Source: an uncultured Gammaproteobacteria bacterium
GTDB taxonomy: Bacteria; Pseudomonadota; Gammaproteobacteria; UBA4575
Reading direction: 5' to 3'
Assembly: GCA_943789445.1 (NCBI GenBank)
Contig: CALSUC010000001.1
Location: 97,912 to 161,911 of the forward strand
Length of the DNA: 64,000 nucleotides
A model generated the notes under the pieces. It did not search any database. It saw only the letters and a program-made list of their open reading frames with translations, and was not told where the DNA came from. The position numbers and the translations under genes were made by a program. Positions 9,064-18,941 of the stretch are shown one piece after another (the stretch's first letter is position 1; every line of letters starts with the position of its first letter).

Positions 9064-10347
9064 CTAAGCGTTTAAAGCCTGATCGAGATCTGCCTTAATA
9101 TCTTCAACGTCTTCAATACCAACTGACAAGCGCACCACATCAGGTCCAGCACCAGCTGAAACCTGCTGCTCTTCGGTCAATTGACGGTGGGTAGTCGATG
9201 CTGGATGAATGATCAAAGAACGAGTATCACCAATATTCGCTAGGTGTGAAAATAGTTTGCAACGATCAACCACTTTAACGCCTGCCTCGTAACCACCTTT
9301 AACACCGAAGGTAAACACAGCGCCGGCACCTTCAGGGCAGTACTTCTGACCTAGCGCATAGAATGGACTGTCTTTCAGGCCAGCATATGACACCCAATCA
9401 ACAGCTGGGTGTTGTTGTAACCACTGCGCCACTTCTAAGGCATTATCGGCATGCTTACGCATACGCAGAGACAGAGTCTCCGCTCCAGTAATAGAAAGAT
9501 AAGCATTCATCGGCGACATGGTTGGGCCTAAGTCACGTAGGCCAACGGCGTGTGAAAACATGGTAAAGGCCATCTCACCAAACTTCTCATGGAAATTTAA
9601 TCCATGGTAGGCACCACAAGGCGCACTCAGCGATTTGAATTTATCATTTTGCGACCAATCAAATTTTCCAGAGTCGACGACTGCACCGCCCATGGCGTTA
9701 CCGTGGCCTGAAATAAATTTGGTGGTGGAGTGAACCACAATGTCTGCACCATGCTCTATTGGTCGACAGAGGGCAGGGGATGGCAAGGTGTTGTCGACGA
9801 TGCAAGGCACGCCACTTTCATGTGCAATTTTTGCGATCGCTTCGATATCACAAACAACACCACCGGGGTTGGCCAAACTTTCTGTAAAGAAGGCCTTTGT
9901 TTTTGCAGTCACTGCCTTGCGGAAATTTTCAGGATCAACCGGGTCGACAAATTTTACCGTCCAGCCAAACTTCTTAAAGGTATGGCCAAACTGTGTGATA
10001 GAGCCACCGTAAAGTTTATTCGAGGCGACAAATTCATCACCACTGTCCATCACCGCAAATAACGCCAGCAATTGTGCCGAATGGCCTGAGGCCGTACAGG
10101 TCGCACCAACGCCACCTTCCAAACTTGCTACACGCTCTTGGAATACACTAACGGTTGGATTAGTCAGCCTAGAGTAAATAAAACCACTCTCTTCTAAACC
10201 AAACAAGGCCGCTGCATGATCGGCATCCTTGAATACAAATGCAGTCGCTTGATTGATGGGCACTGAACGTGCACCCGTTGTTGGATCAGGGCTTGCGCCA
10301 GCATGAATAGAGCGGGTTGCAAAGCCTTGTTTGGTTTGGTCTGACAC
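9064..10347 (-). CDS. metY: O-acetylhomoserine aminocarboxypropyltransferase (sulfhydrylase)
   Basis: IYSRLTNPT, the PLP-lysine motif VVHSTTKFISGHG, and SHLANIGDTRSLIIHPASTTH. Confidence 0.9.
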   Translation of the reverse strand: MSDQTKQGFATRSIHAGASPDPTTGARSVPINQATAFVFKDADHAAALFGLEESGFIYSRLTNPTVSVFQERVASLEGGVGATCTASGHSAQLLALFAVMDSGDEFVASNKLYGGSITQFGHTFKKFGWTVKFVDPVDPENFRKAVTAKTKAFFTESLANPGGVVCDIEAIAKIAHESGVPCIVDNTLPSPALCRPIEHGADIVVHSTTKFISGHGNAMGGAVVDSGKFDWSQNDKFKSLSAPCGAYHGLNFHEKFGEMAFTMFSHAVGLRDLGPTMSPMNAYLSITGAETLSLRMRKHADNALEVAQWLQQHPAVDWVSYAGLKDSPFYALGQKYCPEGAGAVFTFGVKGGYEAGVKVVDRCKLFSHLANIGDTRSLIIHPASTTHRQLTEEQQVSAGAGPDVVRLSVGIEDVEDIKADLDQALNA

Positions 10348-10571
10348 GGTTCACCTCGGTAAAAAATTAGATGCTTGCGCCTAAGCGCTGATGCCTTTTA
10401 TTGTATCGCAGAAGGCCCGTGCTGGGCAGACGAAGACGAGATATTTTGCCCACCCACTGAGCACTTATAGGCACACTAAAAAAGGCCTGCACTGGAACAT
10501 CAAAGTCTTGCTATGATCGTCAAGCAAGCCAACAGACAACAACAGCATAAGCAACAACTAGAGAATCCCCC

Positions 10572-10985
10572 GTGAGCGATACAAGCCCAGAAGCCAATCC
10601 AATCAACCTTGCTATCGTGATTAATGGCGAGAAGATCGTCGAATATCAACGAGACCGAGCCCTTGCTGCCAAGCATGTCCAAGATCTCGATACGATGGAT
10701 GCAAAGTTGGCGCACGGCATAGAGCTAGCAGATAGTCAGATTAATCAGCCCAGCCTACAAGACAAGTCGACCTTTGTTGCGCAACTCCTGGTTACCGCCC
10801 TAATGCATGAGAATGATGCCCACGCAGCGATCAGCTGTGCCTGGCTGGCAACCCGTTGCCCAGACCTAAAGCAGGTGCAGGCCGAGCAAAAAGAAGAGCG
10901 CCTGACCATTCGTTTAATCTATGACAAAGAGTATGTGGTCGCTTCCAGTCTGAAATTTGTTCCAAAACACAAACTCAGCTCTTAA
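10572..10985 (+). CDS. Hypothetical protein
   Basis: 137-aa ORF with ordinary protein composition, divergent from metY. No family recognised. Confidence 0.65.
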   Translation: MSDTSPEANPINLAIVINGEKIVEYQRDRALAAKHVQDLDTMDAKLAHGIELADSQINQPSLQDKSTFVAQLLVTALMHENDAHAAISCAWLATRCPDLKQVQAEQKEERLTIRLIYDKEYVVASSLKFVPKHKLSS

Positions 10986-11290
10986 ATAGCGTCACAACAA
11001 CCCCACTCCTTAATGGGCCAACCTACAAGATAAGTCGACCTGTGTTGCGCAACTCCTGGTTACCGCCCTAATACATGAAAATGATGCCCACGCAGCGATC
11101 AGCTGTGCCTGGCTGGCAACCCGCCGTCCAAACCTAAAAAGCAGGTGCAGGCCGAGCAAAAAGAAGGGCCCTGACCATTCGTCTAAGCTATAACAAAGAG
11201 TATGTCATCGCTTCCAGCCTGAAATTTGTTCCAAAACACAAGCTCAGCTTTTAGATAGCGTCACGACAACCCCACTCCACCTAGGGCCAA
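10754..11290 (+). repeat. Degenerate tandem duplication (10754-11021 / 11022-11290)
   Basis: The second copy repeats the 3' part of the hypothetical gene plus ~36 bp downstream, with scattered substitutions and two indels. Confidence 0.92.
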
Positions 11291-11292
11291 TT

Positions 11293-11492
11293 TGTTGTAA
11301 AAACACAACATCTTGTTACAAATATCCGTCATGACATCTATCTATCAATTCAAATATTAGAGAAATCTTATGGTTATGCAGGATAAAGTATAAAAAATTA
11401 ACTAGTTATAGCTCTTTCTTGCTTGTTGTTTATATACAACAATTAGCAGAAATAATGGAGGCTCTTTAAAATATTGTGGTAATCTTACAACG
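11293..11492 (+). promoter_or_regulatory. Three TGTTGT-N6-ACAACA palindromes and an extended -10 upstream of the porin
   Basis: 11293 tgttgt-aaaaac-acaaca; 11424 tgttgt-ttatat-acaaca; 11475 tgtggt-aatctt-acaacg. The last overlaps TGgTAATCT (11477-11485). Confidence 0.7.
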
Positions 11493-11629
11493 TTAGCTCA
11501 GCGCTAAGTCTTTCCATGGAGTGGATCGTCTTTGCCTGAAGGGCATTGAGTCAGTCTTCGGTTCGCCGCAGATTGCCTTCAATAACCTCTGCTACTCGAG
11601 TACTTACTAAATAAACGAGAGGAAACTCA

Positions 11630-12877
11630 ATGAAACAACTAGTTAAAGCTTCTGCTCTAGCGCTAAGCCTAGTGGCTGCATCTGCAGCACACGCAGGTGG
11701 TGTTGCTGGTGGCAATGCAAACTCAAACTGGACAATCTATGGCTGGCAGAACTGGTCTTTAGAGTCTGTTGATAACGGTGCACGTGATACAACTCGCATT
11801 AACAACAACGCTGCAAACATCGGCTTCTCAGCTGCTGTTGACACTGGCATGATGGTCGGTGGTGAAGCGATGATGGTTAATTTCCGTTGTGAGCAGTTCA
11901 CTTACCACAACCGTTACAATGGCTACACTAACTGGTGTAACCGTAACTCAAAGATCTCTTTAAGCGGTTCTTTCGGTGAGATCATGTTCGGTCAATGGTT
12001 AATGCCATACAACGAAATGGTTGCACAATGGGTTGACCCATTCTACGACGCAGGCGCTGATTCACATACTTCACTGATGGGTAACATCGGTTATGGTAAC
12101 CAGTTCTTCTACAATGGTTCATTTGGTCAGTCTGACTCTTTCAACCGTCGTCAAGAAGAAGTGATCCAGTACTTCAGCCCTAACATGAACGGTGTAACTT
12201 TCCGTGTTGCTACAACTAACGCTAACCAGACTGGTTCTGGTGAAGAAGTTGCTGTAGTAGGTCAAGCCGGCGCTACTGACCTAGATCCACGTATCTGGTC
12301 TATGGGTGTTGCTTACGAAACTACGCTAGCTTCAGGCGACAACCTATGGTTAGCAGCAACTTACCAGTCTCATGACGAATGGTCTGCTGTAACTTACTCT
12401 TGTGACGATTCAGACGACAAGTCTTACCGTCTAGCTGGTCGTTACATCAAGCAATGGGGTAACGGTCAATCAACTCAAGTTTCTGCAATGTGGGAAACTC
12501 TTGAGTACGATTGGGAAGGCTGTGTAAGCGCTCCTGCTGCTATGTCTGCTGTTATGACTGGAAACGATGTAGACGTGGAACGTGATGCATTCATGGTTTC
12601 TGCTAAGCAAACTTTCGGTAACGGTTTCGACATGCGTTTCTCTTACATGGACGCAGACAAGCTAGAAGTTGGCGGTTCAGATCTTAACGATTCTGACGCT
12701 AAGGCTTACAACATCGGTATGTTCTACACAATGCCGGCTGGTACAGAGCTACGTCTAACCTACTCTAAGGTTGATAACGAAGACGCTTCTAACTACGACT
12801 TCGGTATTGGTGGTTCAGCTGCTGCAGTTGGCGAAGATGCCAAGATGTGGGCACTAGGTATCGTTCAGTGGTTCTAA
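11630..12877 (+). CDS. Major outer-membrane porin (Gram-negative general porin type)
   Basis: Signal peptide ending AAHA, first strand WTIYG, GSFGEIMFG, QYFSPNMNG, and C-terminal LGIVQWF. RBS gagagga and strongly biased codon use. Confidence 0.9.
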   Translation: MKQLVKASALALSLVAASAAHAGGVAGGNANSNWTIYGWQNWSLESVDNGARDTTRINNNAANIGFSAAVDTGMMVGGEAMMVNFRCEQFTYHNRYNGYTNWCNRNSKISLSGSFGEIMFGQWLMPYNEMVAQWVDPFYDAGADSHTSLMGNIGYGNQFFYNGSFGQSDSFNRRQEEVIQYFSPNMNGVTFRVATTNANQTGSGEEVAVVGQAGATDLDPRIWSMGVAYETTLASGDNLWLAATYQSHDEWSAVTYSCDDSDDKSYRLAGRYIKQWGNGQSTQVSAMWETLEYDWEGCVSAPAAMSAVMTGNDVDVERDAFMVSAKQTFGNGFDMRFSYMDADKLEVGGSDLNDSDAKAYNIGMFYTMPAGTELRLTYSKVDNEDASNYDFGIGGSAAAVGEDAKMWALGIVQWF

Positions 12878-12897
12878 GTTAGAACCCCTGTCGTACC

Positions 12898-12932
12898 AAA
12901 AAGCGGGCATCTTCGGATGTCCGTTTTTTTTT
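12898..12932 (+). terminator. Rho-independent terminator of the porin gene
   Basis: aaaaagcgggcatc-ttcg-gatgtccg-ttttttttt, with a cUUCGg tetraloop and long U-tract. Confidence 0.93.
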
Positions 12933-13065
12933 GCCTACGATTTAATTCAACTTTCGCGCTATTTGGTGATAACTCAAATTGAGAAGTTACCCAAAACCCT
13001 CTACACTTTGCCGCTTGATTCCTAAACATTGCGGTCATTAAGCCGCCCATCAGGCCATAAATACC

Positions 13066-13881
13066 ATGCGTAAACTGATCCCTGTATTACTCCTTATCCT
13101 TAGTCCGATCACGGCCTTTGCAGAATGTACGCCAGATACGGTGCAGTTCTATCTGGATAAAGGCTTTACGCCAGACCAAATCACCAAACTTTGCAGCCTC
13201 AGTGGCGCTAGTGAGAAAAAAAGCACTTATAAGCCTTACCAAAAGCCTGTAGTTGTCTACCAGGAAGGCTATGCCGGCGGCGTCAATGCTGATCTACGTA
13301 AGGCAGTGCAGGAAATTCGTGGCTCTATTGATGCCCGCTCGGTCGATGTCACCGACACCCATTTAAACTACATCACCCGCCAATGTGTGGTCGCAGGTAA
13401 CTCACCTGAGGCCGAGCAACGCGTAGTGAAGTGTGTCGATGTAGCCTTTTCAGTCGCACGTGACGGTTTACGTGTGGTTGAATCAGGCGCTGGTATGCTC
13501 TTTTTTGGTCAGCAAAAACTGGATATCACATCCTCAGCAATCGAACGTAAATACGTCACTGCCGACCCATGGGCCGCATTTGCACCAGACATTCGCTTTT
13601 TACTACAACGAAAGTTTGAGTCTATGGAGCAGGGCAATGACACCACTATACCGTTACGTAAGGGCGTCCAGATTGGACAGCTTGTTAGCGCCATTCGCAC
13701 CTTAGCGGCTGCAGACGAGAATGCAGCAACCAATAGTAGTGAGGTCTCGCGCGTACTGAGCAACAATTATCAAGCACCGACCGAAGAAGAATACGAAAGG
13801 CAACAGCGCCTAAAGGAACCCGCAAAGGAAGAAAAAGAGGGTGAAGAAAAGAAAAAGCGCTGGTGGAATCCCTTTGACTAG
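13066..13881 (+). CDS. Exported hypothetical protein
   Basis: Signal peptide ending AFA, two Cys pairs and a charged C-terminus ending KKRWWNPFD. Confidence 0.75.
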   Translation: MRKLIPVLLLILSPITAFAECTPDTVQFYLDKGFTPDQITKLCSLSGASEKKSTYKPYQKPVVVYQEGYAGGVNADLRKAVQEIRGSIDARSVDVTDTHLNYITRQCVVAGNSPEAEQRVVKCVDVAFSVARDGLRVVESGAGMLFFGQQKLDITSSAIERKYVTADPWAAFAPDIRFLLQRKFESMEQGNDTTIPLRKGVQIGQLVSAIRTLAAADENAATNSSEVSRVLSNNYQAPTEEEYERQQRLKEPAKEEKEGEEKKKRWWNPFD

Positions 13882-13885
13882 ACGC

Positions 13886-15427
13886 CTAGTCGCGCAAGAT
13901 TAAAGACAGCGCCTGCATTGCTTCAGGTTGCTCAATGTTCATCATATCCAGCAACGTCGGTGAGACGTTGCTTAGGCCCTGACCACTCATTAGTTTGACT
14001 GGCCCACCACTATTAATAACGACACAGGGCACTGGATTAGTCGTATGCTGGGTGTGTGGTTCGCCAGTCATCGCATCCACCATCTCATCGCAGTTGCCAT
14101 GATCTGAGGTCAGCAACACATTCACCTGATACTTTACCGCTGCATCTAGCACTCGACCGACCTGCACATCCATTGCCTCTAATGCTGCAATAATGGCTTC
14201 CGGTACCGCAGTGTGACCGACCATATCGCCATTCGCAAAGTTCACAATAATCAGATGATCATCTTCATCTTCAATCACTTGAATAACTTCATCGGCAACT
14301 TCACGCGCACTCATCTCAGGCTTTAAATCGTAAGTCGCTACCTTCGGTGATGGCACCATCGCTCGGGTTTCACCATCATAGGGTGTCTCACGGCCACCAT
14401 TAATAAAGAAGGTAACATGCGGATATTTTTCAGTTTCGGCACAATGGAATTGCTTTAAGCCTAGATCACTAACCACCTGTCCTATCGTTACTTTTGGGTG
14501 TTCTGTCGCAAAAATAACCGGACAATCAAAACCTTCGTGGAATACAGTCATCGTGCGCATGGCCACTAGACCACCATGATCGCGCCTGAAGTGATCAAAG
14601 TCTGCGTCCATCAAGGCCTGACAGATTTGCCGGGTACGGTCATTACGGAAATTAAAGAAGATGACATCGTCACCTTCAGCAATACGTTCGGTACCGCGAA
14701 TCACCACGGGGTCGATGAATTCATCTGAACGCACCTCTTCATAAGAGGCGTTGATCGCCATACGTGCACTACTAGCGGTTGGCATATCTTCATCGCTGGT
14801 CAATACACGCCATGCCTTTTCGGTACGCTCCCAGCGTTGATCACGGTCCATCGCATAATAGCGACCTAACACTGAATGGATTTCACCCTTCGCCGCTTCT
14901 AGGTAAGGCGTAATGTCATCTAAATAGCGCAGCGCACTGATCGGATTGGTATCGCGACCATCGGTAATCATATGCAAGGCTGGCCGAACACCATGCTGCT
15001 TACACATTTCGAGTAAGGCTTGCACATGACGAATATGCGAATGCACGCCACCATCAGAGACCAAGCCCAGTAAGTGTATCGGGCGCCCTCGACTCTTGGC
15101 TGACTCCAGGGCACCTACAATCTGCTGGCTACTAAAAAAGGTACGGTCATCAATCGCATTATTAATATGGACTAAATCTTGGTGCAGGATATTGCCACAG
15201 CCGAGAGTAATGTGGCCGACTTCCGAGTTACCCATTTGTCCCTCAGGCAACCCAACCGCAGCGCCAGAGGCCTGCAGCGTGGTGTAGGCATAGCGCTCTA
15301 CATATTCATCTAGACGCGGCATACGTGCCTGCTTAATGGCGTTATGTTCACCGTCATCATTAACCCCGAAGCCATCCAGGATCATCAGCAAAGCTCGCTT
15401 TGCTGTTTTATTATTTTGAGCGTCCAA
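13886..15427 (-). CDS. gpmI: 2,3-bisphosphoglycerate-independent phosphoglycerate mutase
   Basis: LMILDGFG, GQMGNSEVGH, GGVHSH, ETEKYPHVTFF, DMVGHT, TSDHGN. Confidence 0.97.
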   Translation of the reverse strand: MDAQNNKTAKRALLMILDGFGVNDDGEHNAIKQARMPRLDEYVERYAYTTLQASGAAVGLPEGQMGNSEVGHITLGCGNILHQDLVHINNAIDDRTFFSSQQIVGALESAKSRGRPIHLLGLVSDGGVHSHIRHVQALLEMCKQHGVRPALHMITDGRDTNPISALRYLDDITPYLEAAKGEIHSVLGRYYAMDRDQRWERTEKAWRVLTSDEDMPTASSARMAINASYEEVRSDEFIDPVVIRGTERIAEGDDVIFFNFRNDRTRQICQALMDADFDHFRRDHGGLVAMRTMTVFHEGFDCPVIFATEHPKVTIGQVVSDLGLKQFHCAETEKYPHVTFFINGGRETPYDGETRAMVPSPKVATYDLKPEMSAREVADEVIQVIEDEDDHLIIVNFANGDMVGHTAVPEAIIAALEAMDVQVGRVLDAAVKYQVNVLLTSDHGNCDEMVDAMTGEPHTQHTTNPVPCVVINSGGPVKLMSGQGLSNVSPTLLDMMNIEQPEAMQALSLILRD

Positions 15428-15434
15428 TGATTAT

Positions 15435-16376
15435 TTATTCTTTGTTGGTGTTGCTTTCATTATCTTTGTCAGCCTGCGCTATGGTTTCACGCAACGTATT
15501 GCTACTGGCTATCTTGTTTTCAGAGGCCTCTGTTTCGGCTTCTTCAATTGCATCTAATTCTGCTTCCATTTCCGCTTCTGTCATCTTCTTGAAGCGGTCT
15601 TCATTATTCTCTTCGCTGGTGCTTGCTGCCTTTTTCTGCACCACTCTCGACATTAATAAGCCGAGCTCAAACAATAGCCAGACCGGTACTGCTAGTAATA
15701 CCTGTGAAATCACATCCGGTGGTGTCAGCAACATGCCAAGAACGAAGGCTGCCACTATTACATAAGAGCGAGCATTTGATAATGCCTGCACAGTGGTTAT
15801 ACCGGTGCTGATCATTACAAAGGTAAAGACCGGTACCTCAAAGGCGATACCAAAGGCCAAAAACATCTTGATGACAAAGTCTAAATAACGCGAAATATCA
15901 GTCATCATGGTAACGCCATCTGGCGTCACGCGGGTAAAAAATCCAAACACCAACGGGAAAACAACGAAGTATGCGAACACCATGCCGAGATAAAACAGTA
16001 GGGAGCTGGATACCAGCAGCGGCATCACTAGGCGTTTCTCATGACGGTATAGACCGGGCGCAACAAATGACCACAATTGGTAGAGCGTCCACGGAATCGT
16101 AATAACAAAGGCCAGTAACAAGACCAGCTTAAAAGGGGTTAGGAAGGGTGAAGCAACATCAATCGCCACCATCGTACTGTGTGCGGGTAGATGACGTAGC
16201 AACGGTTCTGCAACAAAAGAGTAAAGCTCATTGGCAAAGGGCAACAACGCAACCAAGACCACGGCGAGGCCCGCCACAATCCTGATCATACGATCACGCA
16301 ATTCCATTAAGTGCGTCACAATGGAGTCTTGCTTCTCGCTGCCTGTCTCTGAGTCTGTATCGGTCTTATCAGACAT
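15435..16376 (-). CDS. tatC: Twin-arginine translocase TatC
   Basis: HLMELRDR, APGLYRHEKR, FGIAFEVP, LTPPDVISQ, plus a long acidic C-terminal extension. Confidence 0.96.
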   Translation of the reverse strand: MSDKTDTDSETGSEKQDSIVTHLMELRDRMIRIVAGLAVVLVALLPFANELYSFVAEPLLRHLPAHSTMVAIDVASPFLTPFKLVLLLAFVITIPWTLYQLWSFVAPGLYRHEKRLVMPLLVSSSLLFYLGMVFAYFVVFPLVFGFFTRVTPDGVTMMTDISRYLDFVIKMFLAFGIAFEVPVFTFVMISTGITTVQALSNARSYVIVAAFVLGMLLTPPDVISQVLLAVPVWLLFELGLLMSRVVQKKAASTSEENNEDRFKKMTEAEMEAELDAIEEAETEASENKIASSNTLRETIAQADKDNESNTNKE

Positions 16377-16735
16377 TATGATTCCGCTTTCCCAGTTGGC
16401 GAGGTTTGACTAGTGGGCTTAGTTACTTCTTCTGCCACCGCATCGGCCAGGCTGGGCTCAGCAAAATCCTTCAGGTCGGTTTCTACGTCTTGCTTGGTTT
16501 CACTCAGGATACTGCGCAGTTCGGAAATTTCAGATTGCTGCTTTTCCAGCATCTCTTTCAGCTCAGCAGATTTTAGCTCACTCTCGATATCTGCTCGCAC
16601 ACTGGCAAAATAACGTCGCAGCTTACCTAAAAAGCGGCCCAGCTTAATCGCTAAGGCAGGCAGCTTATCCGGCCCAACGACCACTAAAGCTACAATACCA
16701 ACGATAGCGAGCTCCCAGAAACCGAAATCAAACAT
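16376..16735 (-). CDS. tatB: Twin-arginine translocase TatB
   Basis: MFDFGFWEL...VVGPDKLP; lies between tatA and tatC. Confidence 0.95.
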   Translation of the reverse strand: MFDFGFWELAIVGIVALVVVGPDKLPALAIKLGRFLGKLRRYFASVRADIESELKSAELKEMLEKQQSEISELRSILSETKQDVETDLKDFAEPSLADAVAEEVTKPTSQTSPTGKAES

Positions 16736-16763
16736 TAGCGCGTACTGTCTAGTTTACTAATGA

Positions 16764-16934
16764 CTATTTTTTATCTAAGTCGGCATCATCTTCTGTGCCT
16801 TCTTTTTTCATTGCAGTTTTAAAACTACGTAACGCACCGCCGACATCACCACCAATATTGCGCAAACGCTTGGTGCCAAATAGTAATAAGACGATTGCGA
16901 GTACAATCATTAACTGCCAAATACTAATTCCCAT
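16764..16934 (-). CDS. tatA: Twin-arginine translocase TatA (56 aa, not in ORF track)
   Basis: Manual translation: [56 protein letters not shown]. Confidence 0.95.
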   Translation of the reverse strand: MGISIWQLMIVLAIVLLLFGTKRLRNIGGDVGGALRSFKTAMKKEGTEDDADLDKK

Positions 16935-17002
16935 TTTTATACTCCATTCTCAAACACTGCTTAAATGACGACGGCGATACCGCATCACACAAGACCGTGT
17001 AT

Positions 17003-17326
17003 TTACTTGCTACGACTGGCCTTCTCTTCATGTCCAGAGATACCAAAGCGTTGATTTAATTCTTCTAGAACGTCTTTGCTGCTCAAGCCCTTTTGCACCA
17101 ATAAGACCATGCAGTGAAACCAAAGATCAGCGACCTCTTTGACTAAGGCAGTTTCGTCTTCACCTTTTGCTGCAATAATTACTTCAGCCGACTCTTCACC
17201 TACCTTCTTCAAGATATGATCTAAACCCTTGGCATAAAGACTAGCCACATAGGAATTATCTGGATCGGCTGCAAGCCGCTCACGAAGAACCTGTTGCAAG
17301 GCTGACAAGGTGTCTGACTGGGCCAT
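17003..17326 (-). CDS. hisE: Phosphoribosyl-ATP diphosphatase
   Basis: [22 protein letters not shown]. Confidence 0.95.
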   Translation of the reverse strand: MAQSDTLSALQQVLRERLAADPDNSYVASLYAKGLDHILKKVGEESAEVIIAAKGEDETALVKEVADLWFHCMVLLVQKGLSSKDVLEELNQRFGISGHEEKASRSK

Positions 17327-17409
17327 CGGTTACCGTCTAGTTTCTAAGGATTGGACAAGAAAGGATACCATAGCCAGTGGCGTAGGGAGAATGCCCAGCA
17401 GACTCACGT

Positions 17410-18183
17410 TTAACCACGCATGGTAATGCCTTGGCTCAACATATGCGCCTTGGCTTGGTCGATCGAGTATTCGCCAAAATGGAAGATACTAGCGGCCAAT
17501 ACTGCGTCCGCATGACCATCTATGACACCTGCACTCAGGTGCTCCAAGCAACCCACACCACCTGAGGCGATTACTGGCACCGATACCGCGTCACTGATAG
17601 TCCGTGTTAACTCTAAATCAAAGCCCTGTTTCGTACCGTCTCGATCCATGCTTGTGAGTAGCAGTTCGCCGGCACCATAATCACACATCTGTTGTGCCCA
17701 TTGAATAGCATCGATACCCGTGGCATTGCGACCGCCATGGGTAAAGATCTCCCAGCGATTCACTTCACTATCGAGCGATACTTTTTTCGCATCAATCGAG
17801 ACGACGATACATTGTGAGCCAACCCGTTCAGCTGCCTCACGCACAAAATTGGGATCACGCACGGCTGCGGTGTTGATGCCGACCTTATCTGCACCGGCAT
17901 TGAGTAAATTACGAATATCTTGAATGCTACGAATACCGCCACCGACTGTCAGTGGAATAAATACCTCGGAGGCCACTTGCTCTACCACATGTGCCATTGT
18001 CTCGCGCTGATCGGAACTGGCAGTAATATCTAGAAACGTTATCTCATCAGCGCCTTCACGATCGTAGCGCTTAGCCACTTCCACTGGATCACCGGCATCA
18101 CGAATATCGACAAACTGTACGCCCTTAACGACACGACCAGCATCAACATCTAAGCAAGGGATGATCCGTTTTGCCAGTGGCAT
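17410..18183 (-). CDS. hisF: Imidazole glycerol phosphate synthase subunit HisF
   Basis: [29 protein letters not shown]. Confidence 0.97.
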   Translation of the reverse strand: MPLAKRIIPCLDVDAGRVVKGVQFVDIRDAGDPVEVAKRYDREGADEITFLDITASSDQRETMAHVVEQVASEVFIPLTVGGGIRSIQDIRNLLNAGADKVGINTAAVRDPNFVREAAERVGSQCIVVSIDAKKVSLDSEVNRWEIFTHGGRNATGIDAIQWAQQMCDYGAGELLLTSMDRDGTKQGFDLELTRTISDAVSVPVIASGGVGCLEHLSAGVIDGHADAVLAASIFHFGEYSIDQAKAHMLSQGITMRG

Positions 18184-18188
18184 GCCTA

Positions 18189-18929
18189 CTAACCTTCTTG
18201 CTGACAGTTGGCAATAGCCTGCACTTCGGCCAAATCTATCGTACCTTCATACAAGGCTCGGCCAACCACCACACCAACAATGCCTTCTTCATCGGTTGCA
18301 CAAAGACGCTCAATATCACCACGGTCGGTAACACCACCAGACGCGATCACAGGGATGCGAATGGAGGCCGCCAATTCGACCGTCGACTCAACATTCACGC
18401 CCTGCATCATGCCGTCACGACTGATGTCGGTGAAGACGATGGCAGCAACGCCATCAGATTCAAAGTGCTGTGCCATATCAATCACATCGTGATGCGATAG
18501 TTTTGACCAGCCATCGACTGCGACTTTGCCATTTTTAGCATCGAGGCCAACAATAATATGGCCGGGGAATTCTAAGCAGAGGTCTTTCACTACATGCGGT
18601 GCAGTGATTGCACGGGTACCAATAATCACATATTGCACACCGGCATTAAGGTAATTTTGTACTGTGTCTTCATCACGGATGCCACCACCAATTTGAACCG
18701 GAATATCGGGATGGTTAGCAGCAATCTCTTTAACAATATCAAAGTTACGTGGCGCGCCATCTAAGGCACCATCGAGATCAACTAGGTGAATTCGTTTAGC
18801 ACCTTCATCTACCCAGCGTGCAGCAACTGCAACTGGATCTTCTGAAAATATGGTTTCATCATCCATACGGCCCTGGCGTAATCGCACACAGCGTCCGTCT
18901 TTAATATCAATCGCAGGAATAATAATCAT
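18189..18929 (-). CDS. hisA: ProFAR isomerase
   Basis: [33 protein letters not shown]. Confidence 0.97.
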   Translation of the reverse strand: MIIIPAIDIKDGRCVRLRQGRMDDETIFSEDPVAVAARWVDEGAKRIHLVDLDGALDGAPRNFDIVKEIAANHPDIPVQIGGGIRDEDTVQNYLNAGVQYVIIGTRAITAPHVVKDLCLEFPGHIIVGLDAKNGKVAVDGWSKLSHHDVIDMAQHFESDGVAAIVFTDISRDGMMQGVNVESTVELAASIRIPVIASGGVTDRGDIERLCATDEEGIVGVVVGRALYEGTIDLAEVQAIANCQQEG

Positions 18930-18941
18930 AAAACTCTCTCG

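Noticed and set aside
10348-10571. SAM riboswitch upstream of metY
   Set aside because: I could not match SAM-II, SAM-V or SAM-SAH consensus elements by eye. An Rfam/Infernal scan would settle it.
10754-11290. DGR template/variable repeat pair
   Set aside because: Mismatches involve all four bases and include indels rather than being adenine-specific. No reverse transcriptase is nearby.
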